Shown in pieces: positions 26,410-38,440 of a DNA stretch of 64,000 nt (the first letter of the stretch is position 1; each line of letters opens with the position of its first letter). Source of the stretch: Eledone cirrhosa (Eukaryota). The translations under genes and the position numbers were made by a program. The notes under the pieces were generated by a model that did no database searches, had not been told where the DNA came from, and saw nothing but the letters and a program-made list of their open reading frames with translations. The DNA lies in assembly GCA_964016885.1 (NCBI GenBank), contig CAXHJY010000898.1, forward strand, positions 186,001 through 250,000, given 5' to 3'.

Positions 26410-29400
26410 GATAGCTTAGCTTAGGATAGCTTAGGATAGCTTAGCTTAGGATAGCTTAGGATAGCTTAGCTTAGGATAGCTTAGCTTAGCTTAGCTTAGG
26501 ATAGCTTAGCTTAGCTTAGGATAGCTTAGCTTAGCTTAGCTTAGGATAGCTTAGCTTAGGATAGCTTAGGAAAGCTTAGCTTAGCTTAGCTTAGGATAGC
26601 TTAGCTTAGCTTAGCTTAGGATAGCTTAGCTTAGCTTAGGATAGCTTAGCTTAGCTTAGCTTAGGATAGCTTAGCTTAGCTTAGTTTAGGATAGCTTAGC
26701 TTAGCTTAGCTTAGGATAGCTTAGCTTGGCTTAGCTTAGGATAGCTTAGCTTAGCTTAGCTTAGGATAGCTTAGCTTAGGATAGCTTAGCTTAGCTTAGC
26801 TTAGGATAGCTTAGCTTAGCTTAGCTTAGGATAGCTTAGCTTAGGATAGCTTAGCTTAGCTTAGCTTAGGATAGCTTAGCATAGCTTAGCTTAGGATAGC
26901 TTAGCTTAGCTTAGCTTAGGATAGCTTAGCTTAGCTTAGCTTAGGATAGCTTAGCTTAGCTTAGCTTAGCTTAGGATAGCTTAGCTTAGCTTAGCTTAGG
27001 ATAGCTTAGCTTAGCTTAGCTTAGGATAGCTTAGCTTAGCTTAGCTTAGGATAGCTTAGCATAGCTTAGCTTAGGATAGCTTAGCTTAGCTTAGCTTAGG
27101 ATAGCTTAGCTTAGCTTAGGATAGCTTAGCTTAGCTTGGCTTAGGATAGCTTAGCTTAGCTTGGCTTAGGATAGCTTAGCTTAGCTTAGGATAGCTTAGC
27201 TTAGGATAGCTTAGGATAGCTTAGCTTAGCTTAGCTTAGGATAGCTTAGCTTAGTTTAGGATAGCTTAGCTTAGCTTAGCTTAGGATAGCTTAGGATAGC
27301 TTAGCTTAGGATAGCTTAGGATAGCTTAGCTTAGGATAGCTTAGGATAGCTTAGCTTAGGATAGCTTAGGATAGCTTAGGTTAGGATAGCTTAGCTTAGG
27401 ATAGCTTAGGATAGCTTAGCTTAGGATAGCTTAGGATAGCTTAGCTTAGGATAGCTTAGGATAGCTTAGCTTAGGATAGCTTAGCTTAGGATAGCTTAGG
27501 AAAGCTTAGCTTAGCTTAGCTTAGGATAGCTTAGCTTAGCTTAGCTTAGGATAGCTTAGCTTAGCTTAGCTTAGGATAGCTTAGGATAGCTTAGCTTAGG
27601 ATAGCTTAGGATAGCTTAGCTTAGGATAGCTTAGCTTAGGATAGCTTAGCTTAGGATAGCTTAGGATAGCTTAGCTTAGGATAGCTTAGGATAGCTTAGC
27701 TTAGGATAGCTTAGCTTAGGATAGCTTAGGATAGCTTAGCTTAGCTTAGCTTAGGATAGCTTAGCTTAGCTTAGGAGAGCTTAGCTTAGCTTAGCTTAGC
27801 TTAGGATAGCTTAGCTTAGCTTAGGATAGCTTAGGATAGCTTAGCTTAGGATAGCTTAGGATAGCTTAGCTTAGGATAGCTTAGGATAGCTTAGCTTAGG
27901 ATAGCTTAGGATAGCTTAGCTTAGGATAGCTTAGCTTAGGATAGCTTAGCTTAGCTTAGCTTAGGATAGCTTAGCTTAGGATAGCTTAGGATATCTTAGG
28001 TTAGGATAGCTTAGCTTAGGATAGCTTAGGATAGATTAGCTTAGCTTAGCTTAGGATAGCTTAGCTTAGCTTAGCTTAGGATAGCTTAGCTTAGCTTAGG
28101 ATAGCTTAGCTTAGCTTAGCTTAGGATAGCTTAGCTTAGCTTAGCTTAGGATAGCTTAGCTTAGCTTAGGATAGCTTAGCTTAGCTTAGCTTAGGATAGC
28201 TTAGCTTAGCTTAGCTTAGGATAGCTTAGCTTAGGATAGCTTAGCTTAGGATAGCTTAGCTTAGGTTAGCTTAGCTTAGCTTAGCTTAGGATAGCTTAGG
28301 ATAGCTTAGCTTAGGATAACTTAGCTTAGCTTAGCTTAGGATAGCTTAGCTTAGCTTAGCTTAGGATAGCTTAGCTTAGCTTAGCTTAGGATAGCTTAGC
28401 TTAGGATAGCTTAGGATTGCTTAGCTTAGCTTAGCTTAGGATAGCTTAGCTTAGCTTAGCTTAGGATAGCTTAGCTTAGCTTAGGATAGCTTAGCTTAGC
28501 TTAGCTTAGGATAGCTTAGCTTAGCTTAGCTTAGGATAGCTTAGCTTAGCTTAGCTTAGGATAGCTTAGGATAGCTTAGGATAGCTTAGCTTAGCTTAGC
28601 TTAGGAGAGCTTAGCTTAGCTTAGGATAGCTTAGCTTAGCTTAGCTTAGGATAGCTTAGCTTAGCTTAGGATAGCTTAGCTTAGCTTAGCTTAGGATAGC
28701 TTAGCTTAGCTTAGCTTAGGATAGCTTAGCTTAGCTTAGCTTAGGATAGCTTAGCTTAGCTTAGCTTAGGATAGCTTAGCTTAGCTTAGCTTAGGATAGA
28801 TTAGCTTAGCTTAGGATAGCTTAGCTTAGCTTAGCTTAGGAAAGCTTAGCTTAGCTTAGGATAGCTTAGCTTAGCTTAGCTTAGGAGAGCTTAGCTTAGC
28901 TTAGCTTAGGATAGCTTAGCTTAGCTTAGCTTAGGATAGCTTAGCTTAGCTTAGGTAGCTTAGCTTAGCTTAGCTTAGGATAGCTTAGCTTAGCTTAGCT
29001 TAGCTTAGGATAGCTTAGCTTAGCTTAGCTTAGGAGAGCTTAGCTTAGCTTAGCTTAGGATAGCTTAGGATAGCTTAGCTTAGGATAGCTTAGGATAGCT
29101 TACCTTAGGAGAGCTTAGCTTAGGATAGCTTAGCTTAGGATAGCTTAGGATAGCTTAGCTTAGGATAGCTTAGCTTAGGATAGCTTAGCTTAGGATAGCT
29201 TAGGATAGCTTAGCTTAGCTTAGCTTAGGATAGCTTAGCTTAGCTTAGCTTAGGATAGCTTAGCTTAGGTTAGCTTAGCTTAGCTTAGCTTAGCTTAGGA
29301 TAGCTTAGCTTAGGATAGCTTAGGATAGCTTAGGATAGCTTAGCTTAGGATAGCTTAGCTTAGGATAGCTTAGGATAGCTTAGCTTAGGATAGCTTAGGA

Positions 29401-32400
29401 TAGCTTAGCTTAGGATAGCTTAGCTTAGGATAGCTTAGGATAGCTTAGCTTAGCTTAGCTTAGGATAGCTTAGCTTAGCTTAGCTTAGGATAGCTTAGCT
29501 TAGCTTAGGATTGCTTAGCTTAGCTTAGCTTAGGATAGCTTAGGATAGCTTAGCTTAGGATAGCTTAGCTTAGGATAGCTTAGGATAGCTTAGGATAGCT
29601 TAGCTTAGCTTAGCTTAGGATAGCTTAGCTTAGCTTAGCTTAGGATAGCTTAGCTTAGCTTAGCTTAGGATAGCTTAGCTTAGCTTAGGATAGCTTAGCT
29701 TAGCTTAGCTTAGGATAGCTTAGCTTAGCTTAGCTTAGGACAGCTTAGCTTAGCTTAGCTTAGGATAGCTTAGCTTAGCTTAGGATAGCTTAGCTTAGCT
29801 TAGCTTAGGATAGCTTAGCTTAGGATAGCTTAGCTTAGGATAGCTTAGCTTGGGTTAGCTTAGCTTAGCTTAGCTTAGGATAGCTTAGGATAGCTTAGCT
29901 TAGGATAGCTTAGCTTAGGATAGCTTAGGATAGCTTAGCTTAGGATAGCTTAGGATAGCTTAGCTTAGGATAGCTTAGCTTAGCTTAGCTTAGGATAGCT
30001 TAGCTTAGCTTAGGATAGCTTAGCTTAGCTTAGCTTAGGATAGCTTAGCTTAGGATAGCTTAGGAAAGCTTAGCTTAGCTTAGCTTAGGATAGCTTAGCT
30101 TAGCTTAGCTTAGGATAGCTTAGCTTAGCTTAGGATAGCTTAGCTTAGCTTAGCTTAGGATAGCTTAGCTTAGCTTAGCTTAGGATAGCTTAGCTTAGGA
30201 TAGCTTAGCTTAGCTTAGCTTAGGATAGCTTAGCATAGCTTAGCTTAGGATAGCTTAGCTTAGCTTAGCTTAGGATAGCTTAGCTTAGCTTAGGATAGCT
30301 TAGCTTAGCTTAGCTTAGGATAGCTTAGCTTAGCTTAGCTTAGGATAGCTTAGCTTAGCTTAGCTTAGGAAAGCTTAGCATAGCTTAGCTTAGGATAGCT
30401 TAGCTTAGCTTAGCTTAGGATAGCTTAGCTTAGCTTAGGATAGCTTAGCTTAGCTTGGCTTAGGGTAGCTTAGCTTAGCTTGGCTTAGGATAGCTTAGCT
30501 TAGCTTAGCTTAGGATAGCTTAGCTTAGGATAGCTTAGGATAGCTTAGCTTAGCTTAGCTTAGGATAGCTTAGCTTAGTTTAGGATAGCTTAGCTTAGCT
30601 TAGCTTAGGATAGCTTAGGATAGCTTAGCTTAGGATAGCTTAGGATAGCTTAGCTTAGGATAGCTTAGGATAGCTTAGCTTAGGATAGCTTAGGATAGCT
30701 TAGGTTAGGATAGCTTAGCTTAGGATAGCTTAGGATAGCTTAGCTTAGGATAGCTTAGGATAGCTTAGCTTAGGATAGCTTAGGATAGCTTAGCTTAGGA
30801 TAGCTTAGCTTAGGATAGCTTAGGAAAGCTTAGCTTAGCTTAGCTTAGGATAGCTTAGCTTAGCTTAGCTTAGGATAGCTTAGCTTAGCTTAGCTTAGGA
30901 TAGCTTAGGATAGCTTAGCTTAGGATAGCTTAGGATAGCTTAGCTTAGGATAGCTTAGCTTAGGATAGCTTAGCTTAGGATAGCTTAGGATAGCTTAGCT
31001 TAGGATAGCTTAGGATAGCTTAGCTTAGGATAGCTTAGCTTAGGATAGCTTAGGATAGCTTAGCTTAGCTTAGCTTAGGATAGCTTAGCTTAGCTTAGGA
31101 TAGCTTAGCTTAGCTTAGCTTAGCTTAGGATAGCTTAGCTTAGCTTAGGATAGCTTAGGATAGCTTAGGATAGCTTAGCTTAGGATAGCTTAGGATAGCT
31201 TAGCTTAGGATAGCTTAGGATAGCTTAGCTTAGGATAGCTTAGCTTAGGATAGCTTAGCTTAGCTTAGCTTAGGATAGCTTAGCTTAGGATAGCTTAGGA
31301 TATCTTAGGTTAGGATAGCTTAGCTTAGGATAGCTTAGGATAGATTAGCTTAGCTTAGCTTAGGATAGCTTAGCTTAGCTTAGCTTAGGATAGCTTAGCT
31401 TAGCTTAGGATAGCTTAGCTTAGCTTAGCTTAGGATAGCTTAGCTTAGCTTAGCTTAGGATAGCTTAGCTTAGCTTAGGATAGCTTAGCTTAGCTTAGCT
31501 TAGGATAGCTTAGCTTAGCTTAGCTTAGGATAGCTTAGCTTAGCTTAGCTTAGGATAGCTTAGCTTAGGATAGCTTAGCTTAGGATAGCTTAGCTTAGGT
31601 TAGCTTAGCTTAGCTTAGCTTAGGATAGCTTAGGATAGCTTAGCTTAGGATAACTTAGCTTAGCTTAGCTTAGGATAGCTTAGCTTAGCTTAGCTTAGGA
31701 TAGCTTAGCTTAGCTTAGCTTAGGATAGCTTAGCTTAGGATAGCTTAGGATTGCTTAGCTTAGCTTAGCTTAGGATAGCTTAGCTTAGCTTAGCTTAGGA
31801 TAGCTTAGCTTAGCTTAGGATAGCTTAGCTTAGCTTAGCTTAGGATAGCTTAGCTTAGCTTAGCTTAGGATAGCTTAGCTTAGCTTAGCTTAGGATAGCT
31901 TAGGATAGCTTAGGATAGCTTAGCTTAGCTTAGCTTAGGATAGCTTAGCTTAGCTTAGGATAGCTTAGCTTAGCTTAGCTTAGGATAGCTTAGCTTAGCT
32001 AAAGATAGCTTAGCTTAGCTTAGCTTAGGATAGCTTAGCTTAGCTTAGCTTAGGATAGCTTAGCTTAGCTTAGCTTAGGATAGCTTAGCTTAGCTTAGCT
32101 TAGGATAGCTTAGCTTAGCTTAGCTTAGGATAGATTAGCTTAGCTTAGGATAGCTTAGCTTAGCTTAGCTTAGGAAAGCTTAGCTTAGCTTAGGATAGCT
32201 TAGCTTAGCTTAGCTTAGGAGAGCTTAGCTTAGCTTAGCTTAGGATAGCTTAGCTTAGCTTAGCTTAGGATAGCTTAGCTTAGCTTAGGTAGCTTAGCTT
32301 AGCTTAGCTTAGGATAGCTTAGCTTAGCTTAGCTTAGCTTAGGATAGCTTAGCTTAGCTTAGCTTAGGAGAGCTTAGCTTAGCTTAGCTTAGGATAGCTT

Positions 32401-33240
32401 AGGATAGCTTAGCTTAGGATAGCTTAGGATAGCTTACCTTAGGAGAGCTTAGCTTAGGATAGCTTAGCTTAGGATAGCTTAGGATAGCTTAGCTTAGGAT
32501 AGCTTAGCTTAGGATAGCTTAGCTTAGGATAGCTTAGGATAGCTTAGCTTAGCTTAGCTTAGGATAGCTTAGCTTAGCTTAGCTTAGGATAGCTTAGCTT
32601 AGGTTAGCTTAGCTTAGCTTAGCTTAGCTTAGGATAGCTTAGCTTAGGATAGCTTAGGATAGCTTAGGATAGCTTAGCTTAGGATAGCTTAGCTTAGGAT
32701 AGCTTAGGATAGCTTAGCTTAGGATAGCTTAGGATAGCTTAGCTTAGGATAGCTTAGCTTAGGATAGCTTAGGATAGCTTAGCTTAGCTTAGCTTAGGAT
32801 AGCTTAGCTTAGCTTAGCTTAGGATAGCTTAGCTTAGCTTAGGATTGCTTAGCTTAGCTTAGCTTAGGATAGCTTAGGATAGCTTAGCTTAGGATAGCTT
32901 AGCTTAGGATAGCTTAGGATAGCTTAGGATAGCTTAGCTTAGCTTAGCTTAGGATAGCTTAGCTTAGCTTAGCTTAGGATAGCTTAGCTTAGCTTAGCTT
33001 AGGATAGCTTAGCTTAGCTTAGGATAGCTTAGCTTAGCTTAGCTTAGGATAGCTTAGCTTAGCTTAGCTTAGGACAGCTTAGCTTAGCTTAGCTTAGGAT
33101 AGCTTAGCTTAGCTTAGGATAGCTTAGCTTAGCTTAGCTTAGGATAGCTTAGCTTAGGATAGCTTAGCTTAGGATAGCTTAGCTTGGGTTAGCTTAGCTT
33201 AGCTTAGCTTAGGATAGCTTAGGATAGCTTAGCTTAGGAT
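26410..33240 (+). repeat. Adjacent duplication of a ~3.3-3.5 kb higher-order unit (junction ~29900)
   Basis: TTGGC pair 27136/30455; ATATC 27991/31300; 1-bp deletion word 28951/32285; TTACC 29100/32434; TTGGG 29850/33184 (the last three at offset 3334). Confidence 0.85.
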
Positions 33241-34019
33241 AGCTTAGCTTAGCTTAGCTTAGGATAGCTTAGCTTAGCTTAGTTTAGGATAGCTTAGCTT
33301 AGCTTAGCTTAGGATAGCTTAGCTTAGCTTAGCTTAGGATAGCTTAGCTTAGCTTAGGATAGTTTAGCTTAGCTTAGCTTAGGATAGCTTAGCTTAGCTT
33401 AGCTTAGGATAGCTTAGCTTAGCTTAGCTTAGGATAGCTTAGCTTAGCTTAGCTTAGGATAGCTTAGCTTAGCTTAGCTTAGGATAGCTTAGCTTAGCTT
33501 AGGATAGCTTAGCTTAGCTTAGGATAGCTTAGCTTAGCTTAGCTTAGGATAGCTTAGCTTAGCTTAGCTTAGGATAGCTTAGCTTAGGATAGCTTAGCTT
33601 AGCTTAGCTTAGGATAGCTTAGCTTAGCTTAGCTTAGGATAGCTTAGCTTAGCTTAGCTTAGGATAGCTTAGCTTAGCTTAGCTTAGGATAGCTTAGCTT
33701 AGCTTAGCTTAGGATAGCTTAGCTTAGCTTAGCTTAGGATAGCTTAGCTTAGCTTAGCTTAGGATAGCTTAGCTTAGCTTAGCTTAGGATAGCTTAGCTT
33801 AGCTTAGCTTAGGATTGCTTAGCTTAGCTTGGCTTAGGATAGCTTAGCTTAGCTTGGCTTAGGATAGCTTAGCTTAGCTTAGCTTAGGATAGCTTAGCTT
33901 AGCTTAGCTTAGGATAGCTTAGCTTAGCTTAGCTTAGGATAGCTTAGCTTAGCTTAGGATAGCTTAGCTTAGTTTAGGATAGCTTAGCTTAGCTTAGCTT
34001 AGGATAGCTTAGGATAGCT

Positions 34020-37000
34020 TAGCTTAGGATAGCTTAGGATAGCTTAGCTTAGGATAGCTTAGGATAGCTTAGGTTAGGATAGCTTAGCTTAGGATAGCTT
34101 AGGATAGCTTAGCTTCGGATAGCTTAGGATAGCTTAGCTTAGGATAGCTTAGGATAGCTTAGCTTAGGATAGCTTAGCTTAGGATAGCTTAGCTTAGGAT
34201 AGCTTAGGAAAGCTTAGCTTAGCTTAGCTTAGGATAGCTTAGCTTAGCTTAGCTTAGGATAGCTTAGCTTAGCTTAGCTTAGGATAGCTTAGGATAGCTT
34301 AGCTTAGGATAGCTTAGGATAGCTTAGCTTAGGATAGCTTAGCTTAGGATAGCTTAGCTTAGGATAGCTTAGCTTAGGATAGCTTAGGATAGCTTAGCTT
34401 AGGATAGCTTAGGATAGCTTAGCTTAGGATAGCTTAGCTTAGGATAGCTTAGGATAGCTTAGCTTAGCTTAGCTTAGGATAGCTTAGCTTAGCTTAGCTT
34501 AGTATAGCTTAGCTTAGCTTAGCTTAGCTTAGGATAGCTTAGCTTAGCTTAGCTTAGGATAGCTTAGGATAGCTTAGCTTAGGATAGCTTAGGATAGCTT
34601 AGCTTAGGATAGCTTAGGATAGCTTAGCTTAGGATAGCTTAGGATAGCTTAGCTTAGGATAGCTTAGCTTAGGATAGCTTAGCTTAGCTTAGCTTAGGAT
34701 AGCTTAGCTTAGGATAGCTTAGGATAGCTTAGCTTAGGATAGCTTAGCTTAGGATAGCTTAGGATAGCTTAGCTTAGCTTAGCTTAGGATAGCTTAGCTT
34801 AGCTTAGGATAGCTTAGCTTAGCTTAGGATAGCTTAGCTTAGCTTAGCTTAGGATAGCTTAGCTTAGCTTAGCTTAGGATAGCTTAGCTTAGCTTAGCTT
34901 AGGATAGCTTAGCTTAGCTTAGCTTAGGATAGCTTAGCTTAGCTTAGGATAGCTTAGCTTAGGATAGCTTAGGATAGCTTAGCTTAGGATAGCTTAGCTT
35001 AGGATAGCTTAGCTTAGGTTAGCTTAGCTTAGCTTAGCTTAGGATAGCTTAGGATAGCTTAGCTTAGGATAGCTTAGCTTAGCTTAGCTTAGGATAGCTT
35101 AGCTTAGCTTAGCTTAGGATAGCTTAGCTTAGCTTAGGATAGCTTAGCTTAGGATAGCTTAGGATAGCTTAGCTTAGCTTAGCTTAGGATAGCTTAGCTT
35201 AGCTTAGCTTAGGATAGCTTAGCTTAGCTTAGGATAGCTTAGCTTAGCTTAGCTTAGGATAGCTTAGCTTAGCTTAGCTTAGGATAGCTTAGCTTAGGTT
35301 AGCTTAGGATAGCTTAGGATAGCTTAGGATAGCTTAGCTTAGCTTAGCTTAGCTTAGGATAGCTTAGCTTAGCTTAGCTTAGGATAGCTTAGCTTAGCTT
35401 AGCTTAGGATAGCTTAGCTTAGCTTAGGATAGCTTAGCTTAGCTTAGCTTAGGATAGCTTAGCTTAGCTTAGGATAGCTTAGCTTAGCTTAGCTTAGGAT
35501 AGCTTAGCTTAGCTTAGCTTAGGATAGCTTAGCTTAGCTTAGCTTAGGATAGCTTAGCTTAGCTTAGCTTAGGATAGCTTAGCTTAGCTTAGCTTAGGAT
35601 AGATTAGCTTAGCTTAGGATAGCTTAGCTTAGCTTAGCTTAGGAAAGCTTAGCTTAGCTTAGGATAGCTTAGCTTAGCTTAGCTTAGGAGAGCTTAGCTT
35701 AGCTTAGCTTAGGAAAACTTAGCTTAGCTTAGCTTAGCTTAGGATAGCTTAGCTTAGCTTAGCTTAGGTAGCTTAGCTTAGCTTAGCTTAGGATAGCTTA
35801 GCTTAGCTTAGCTTAGCTTAGCTTAGGATAGCTTAGCTTAGCTTAGCTTAGGAGAGCTTAGCTTAGCTTAGGATAGCTTAGGATAGCTTAGCTTAGGATA
35901 GCTTAGGATAGCTTACCTTAGGAGAGCTTAGCTTAGGATAGCTTAGCTTAGGATAGCTTAGGATAGCTTAGCTTAGGATAGCTTAGCTTAGGATAGCTTA
36001 GCTTAGGATAGCTTAGGATAGCTTAGCTTAGCTTAGCTTAGGATAGCTTAGCTTAGCTTAGCTTAGGACAGCTTAGCTTAGGTTAGCTTAGCTTAGGATA
36101 GCTTAGGATAGCTTAGCTTAGGATAGCTTAGGATAGCTTAGCTTAGGATAGCTTAGGATAGCTTAGCTTAGGATAGCTTAGCTTAGGATAGCTTAGGATA
36201 GCTTAGCTTAGGATAGCTTAGGATAGCTTAGCTTAGGATAGCTTAGGATAGCTTAGCTTAGGATAGCTTAGGATAGCTTAGGTTAGGATAGCTTAGCTTA
36301 GGATAGCTTAGGATAGCTTAGCTTAGGATAGCTTAGGATAGCTTAGCTTAGGATAGCTTAGGATAGCTTAGCTTAGGATAGCTTAGCTTAGGATAGCTTA
36401 GCTTAGGATAGCTTAGGAAAGCTTAGCTTAGCTTAGCTTAGGATAGCTTAGCTTAGCTTAGCTTAGGATAGCTTAGCTTAGCTTAGCTTAGGATAGCTTA
36501 GGATAGCTTAGCTTAGGATAGCTTAGGATAGCTTAGCTTAGGATAGCTTAGCTTAGGATAGCTTAGCTTAGGATAGCTTAGCTTAGGATAGCTTAGGATA
36601 GCTTAGCTTAGGATAGCTTAGGATAGCTTAGCTTAGGATAGCTTAGCTTAGGATAGCTTAGGATAGCTTAGCTTAGCTTAGCTTAGGATAGCTTAGCTTA
36701 GCTTAGCTTAGTATAGCTTAGCTTAGCTTAGCTTAGCTTAGGATAGCTTAGCTTAGCTTAGCTTAGGATAGCTTAGGATAGCTTAGCTTAGGATAGCTTA
36801 GGATAGCTTAGCTTAGGATAGCTTAGGATAGCTTAGCTTAGGATAGCTTAGGATAGCTTAGCTTAGGATAGCTTAGCTTAGGATAGCTTAGCTTAGCTTA
36901 GCTTAGGATAGCTTAGCTTAGGATAGCTTAGGATAGCTTAGCTTAGGATAGCTTAGCTTAGGATAGCTTAGGATAGCTTAGCTTAGCTTAGCTTAGGATA

Positions 37001-38440
37001 GCTTAGCTTAGCTTAGGATAGCTTAGCTTAGCTTAGGATAGCTTAGCTTAGCTTAGCTTAGGATAGCTTAGCTTAGCTTAGCTTAGGATAGCTTAGCTTA
37101 GCTTAGCTTAGGATAGCTTAGCTTAGCTTAGCTTAGGATAGCTTAGCTTAGCTTAGGATAGCTTAGCTTAGGATAGCTTAGGATAGCTTAGCTTAGGATA
37201 GCTTAGCTTAGGAAAGCTTAGCTTAGGTTAGCTTAGCTTAGCTTAGCTTAGGATAGCTTAGGATAGCTTAGCTTAGGATAGCTTAGCTTAGCTTAGCTTA
37301 GGATAGCTTAGCTTAGCTTAGCTTAGGATAGCTTAGCTTAGCTTAGGATAGCTTAGCTTAGGATAGCTTAGGATAGCTTAGCTTAGCTTAGCTTAGGATA
37401 GCTTAGCTTAGCTTAGCTTAGGATAGCTTAGCTTAGCTTAGGATAGCTTAGCTTAGCTTAGCTTAGGATAGCTTAGCTTAGCTTAGCTTAGGATAGCTTA
37501 GCTTAGGTTAGCTTAGGATAGCTTAGGATAGCTTAGGATAGCTTAGCTTAGCTTAGCTTAGCTTAGGATAGCTTAGCTTAGCTTAGCTTAGGATAGCTTA
37601 GCTTAGCTTAGCTTAGGATAGCTTAGCTTAGCTTAGGATAGCTTAGCTTAGCTTAGCTTAGGATAGCTTAGCTTAGCTTAGGATAGCTTAGCTTAGCTTA
37701 GCTTAGGATAGCTTAGCTTAGCTTAGCTTAGGATAGCTTAGCTTAGCTTAGCTTAGGATAGCTTAGCTTAGCTTAGCTTACGATAGCTTAGCTTAGCTTA
37801 GCTTAGGATAGATTAGCTTAGCTTAGGATAGCTTAGCTTAGCTTAGCTTAGGAAAGCTTAGCTTAGCTTAGGATAGCTTAGCTTAGCTTAGCTTAGGAGA
37901 GCTTAGCTTAGCTTAGCTTAGGAAAACTTAGCTTAGCTTAGCTTAGCTTAGGATAGCTTAGCTTAGCTTAGCTTAGGTAGCTTAGCTTAGCTTAGCTTAG
38001 GATAGCTTAGCTTAGCTTAGCTTAGCTTAGCTTAGGATAGCTTAGCTTAGCTTAGCTTAGGAGAGCTTAGCTTAGCTTAGGATAGCTTAGGATAGCTTAG
38101 CTTAGGATAGCTTAGGATAGCTTACCTTAGGAGAGCTTAGCTTAGGATAGCTTAGCTTAGGATAGCTTAGGATAGCTTAGCTTAGGATAGCTTAGCTTAG
38201 GATAGCTTAGCTTAGGATAGCTTAGGATAGCTTAGCTTAGCTTAGCTTAGGATAGCTTAGCTTAGCTTAGCTTAGGACAGCTTAGCTTAGGTTAGCTTAG
38301 CTTAGGATAGCTTAGGATAGCTTAGCTTAGGATAGCTTAGGATAGCTTAGCTTAGGATAGCTTAGGATAGCTTAGCTTAGGATAGCTTAGCTTAGGATAG
38401 CTTAGGATAGCTTAGCTTAGGATAGCTTAGGATAGCTTAG
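34020..38440 (+). repeat. 2209-bp near-identical tandem duplication
   Basis: GGTTAGG 34072/36281, GTATAGC 34502/36711, GGAAAAC 35712/37921, deletion word 35764/37973, TTACC 35913/38122, GGACAGC 36066/38275. All offsets are 2209. Confidence 0.9.
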
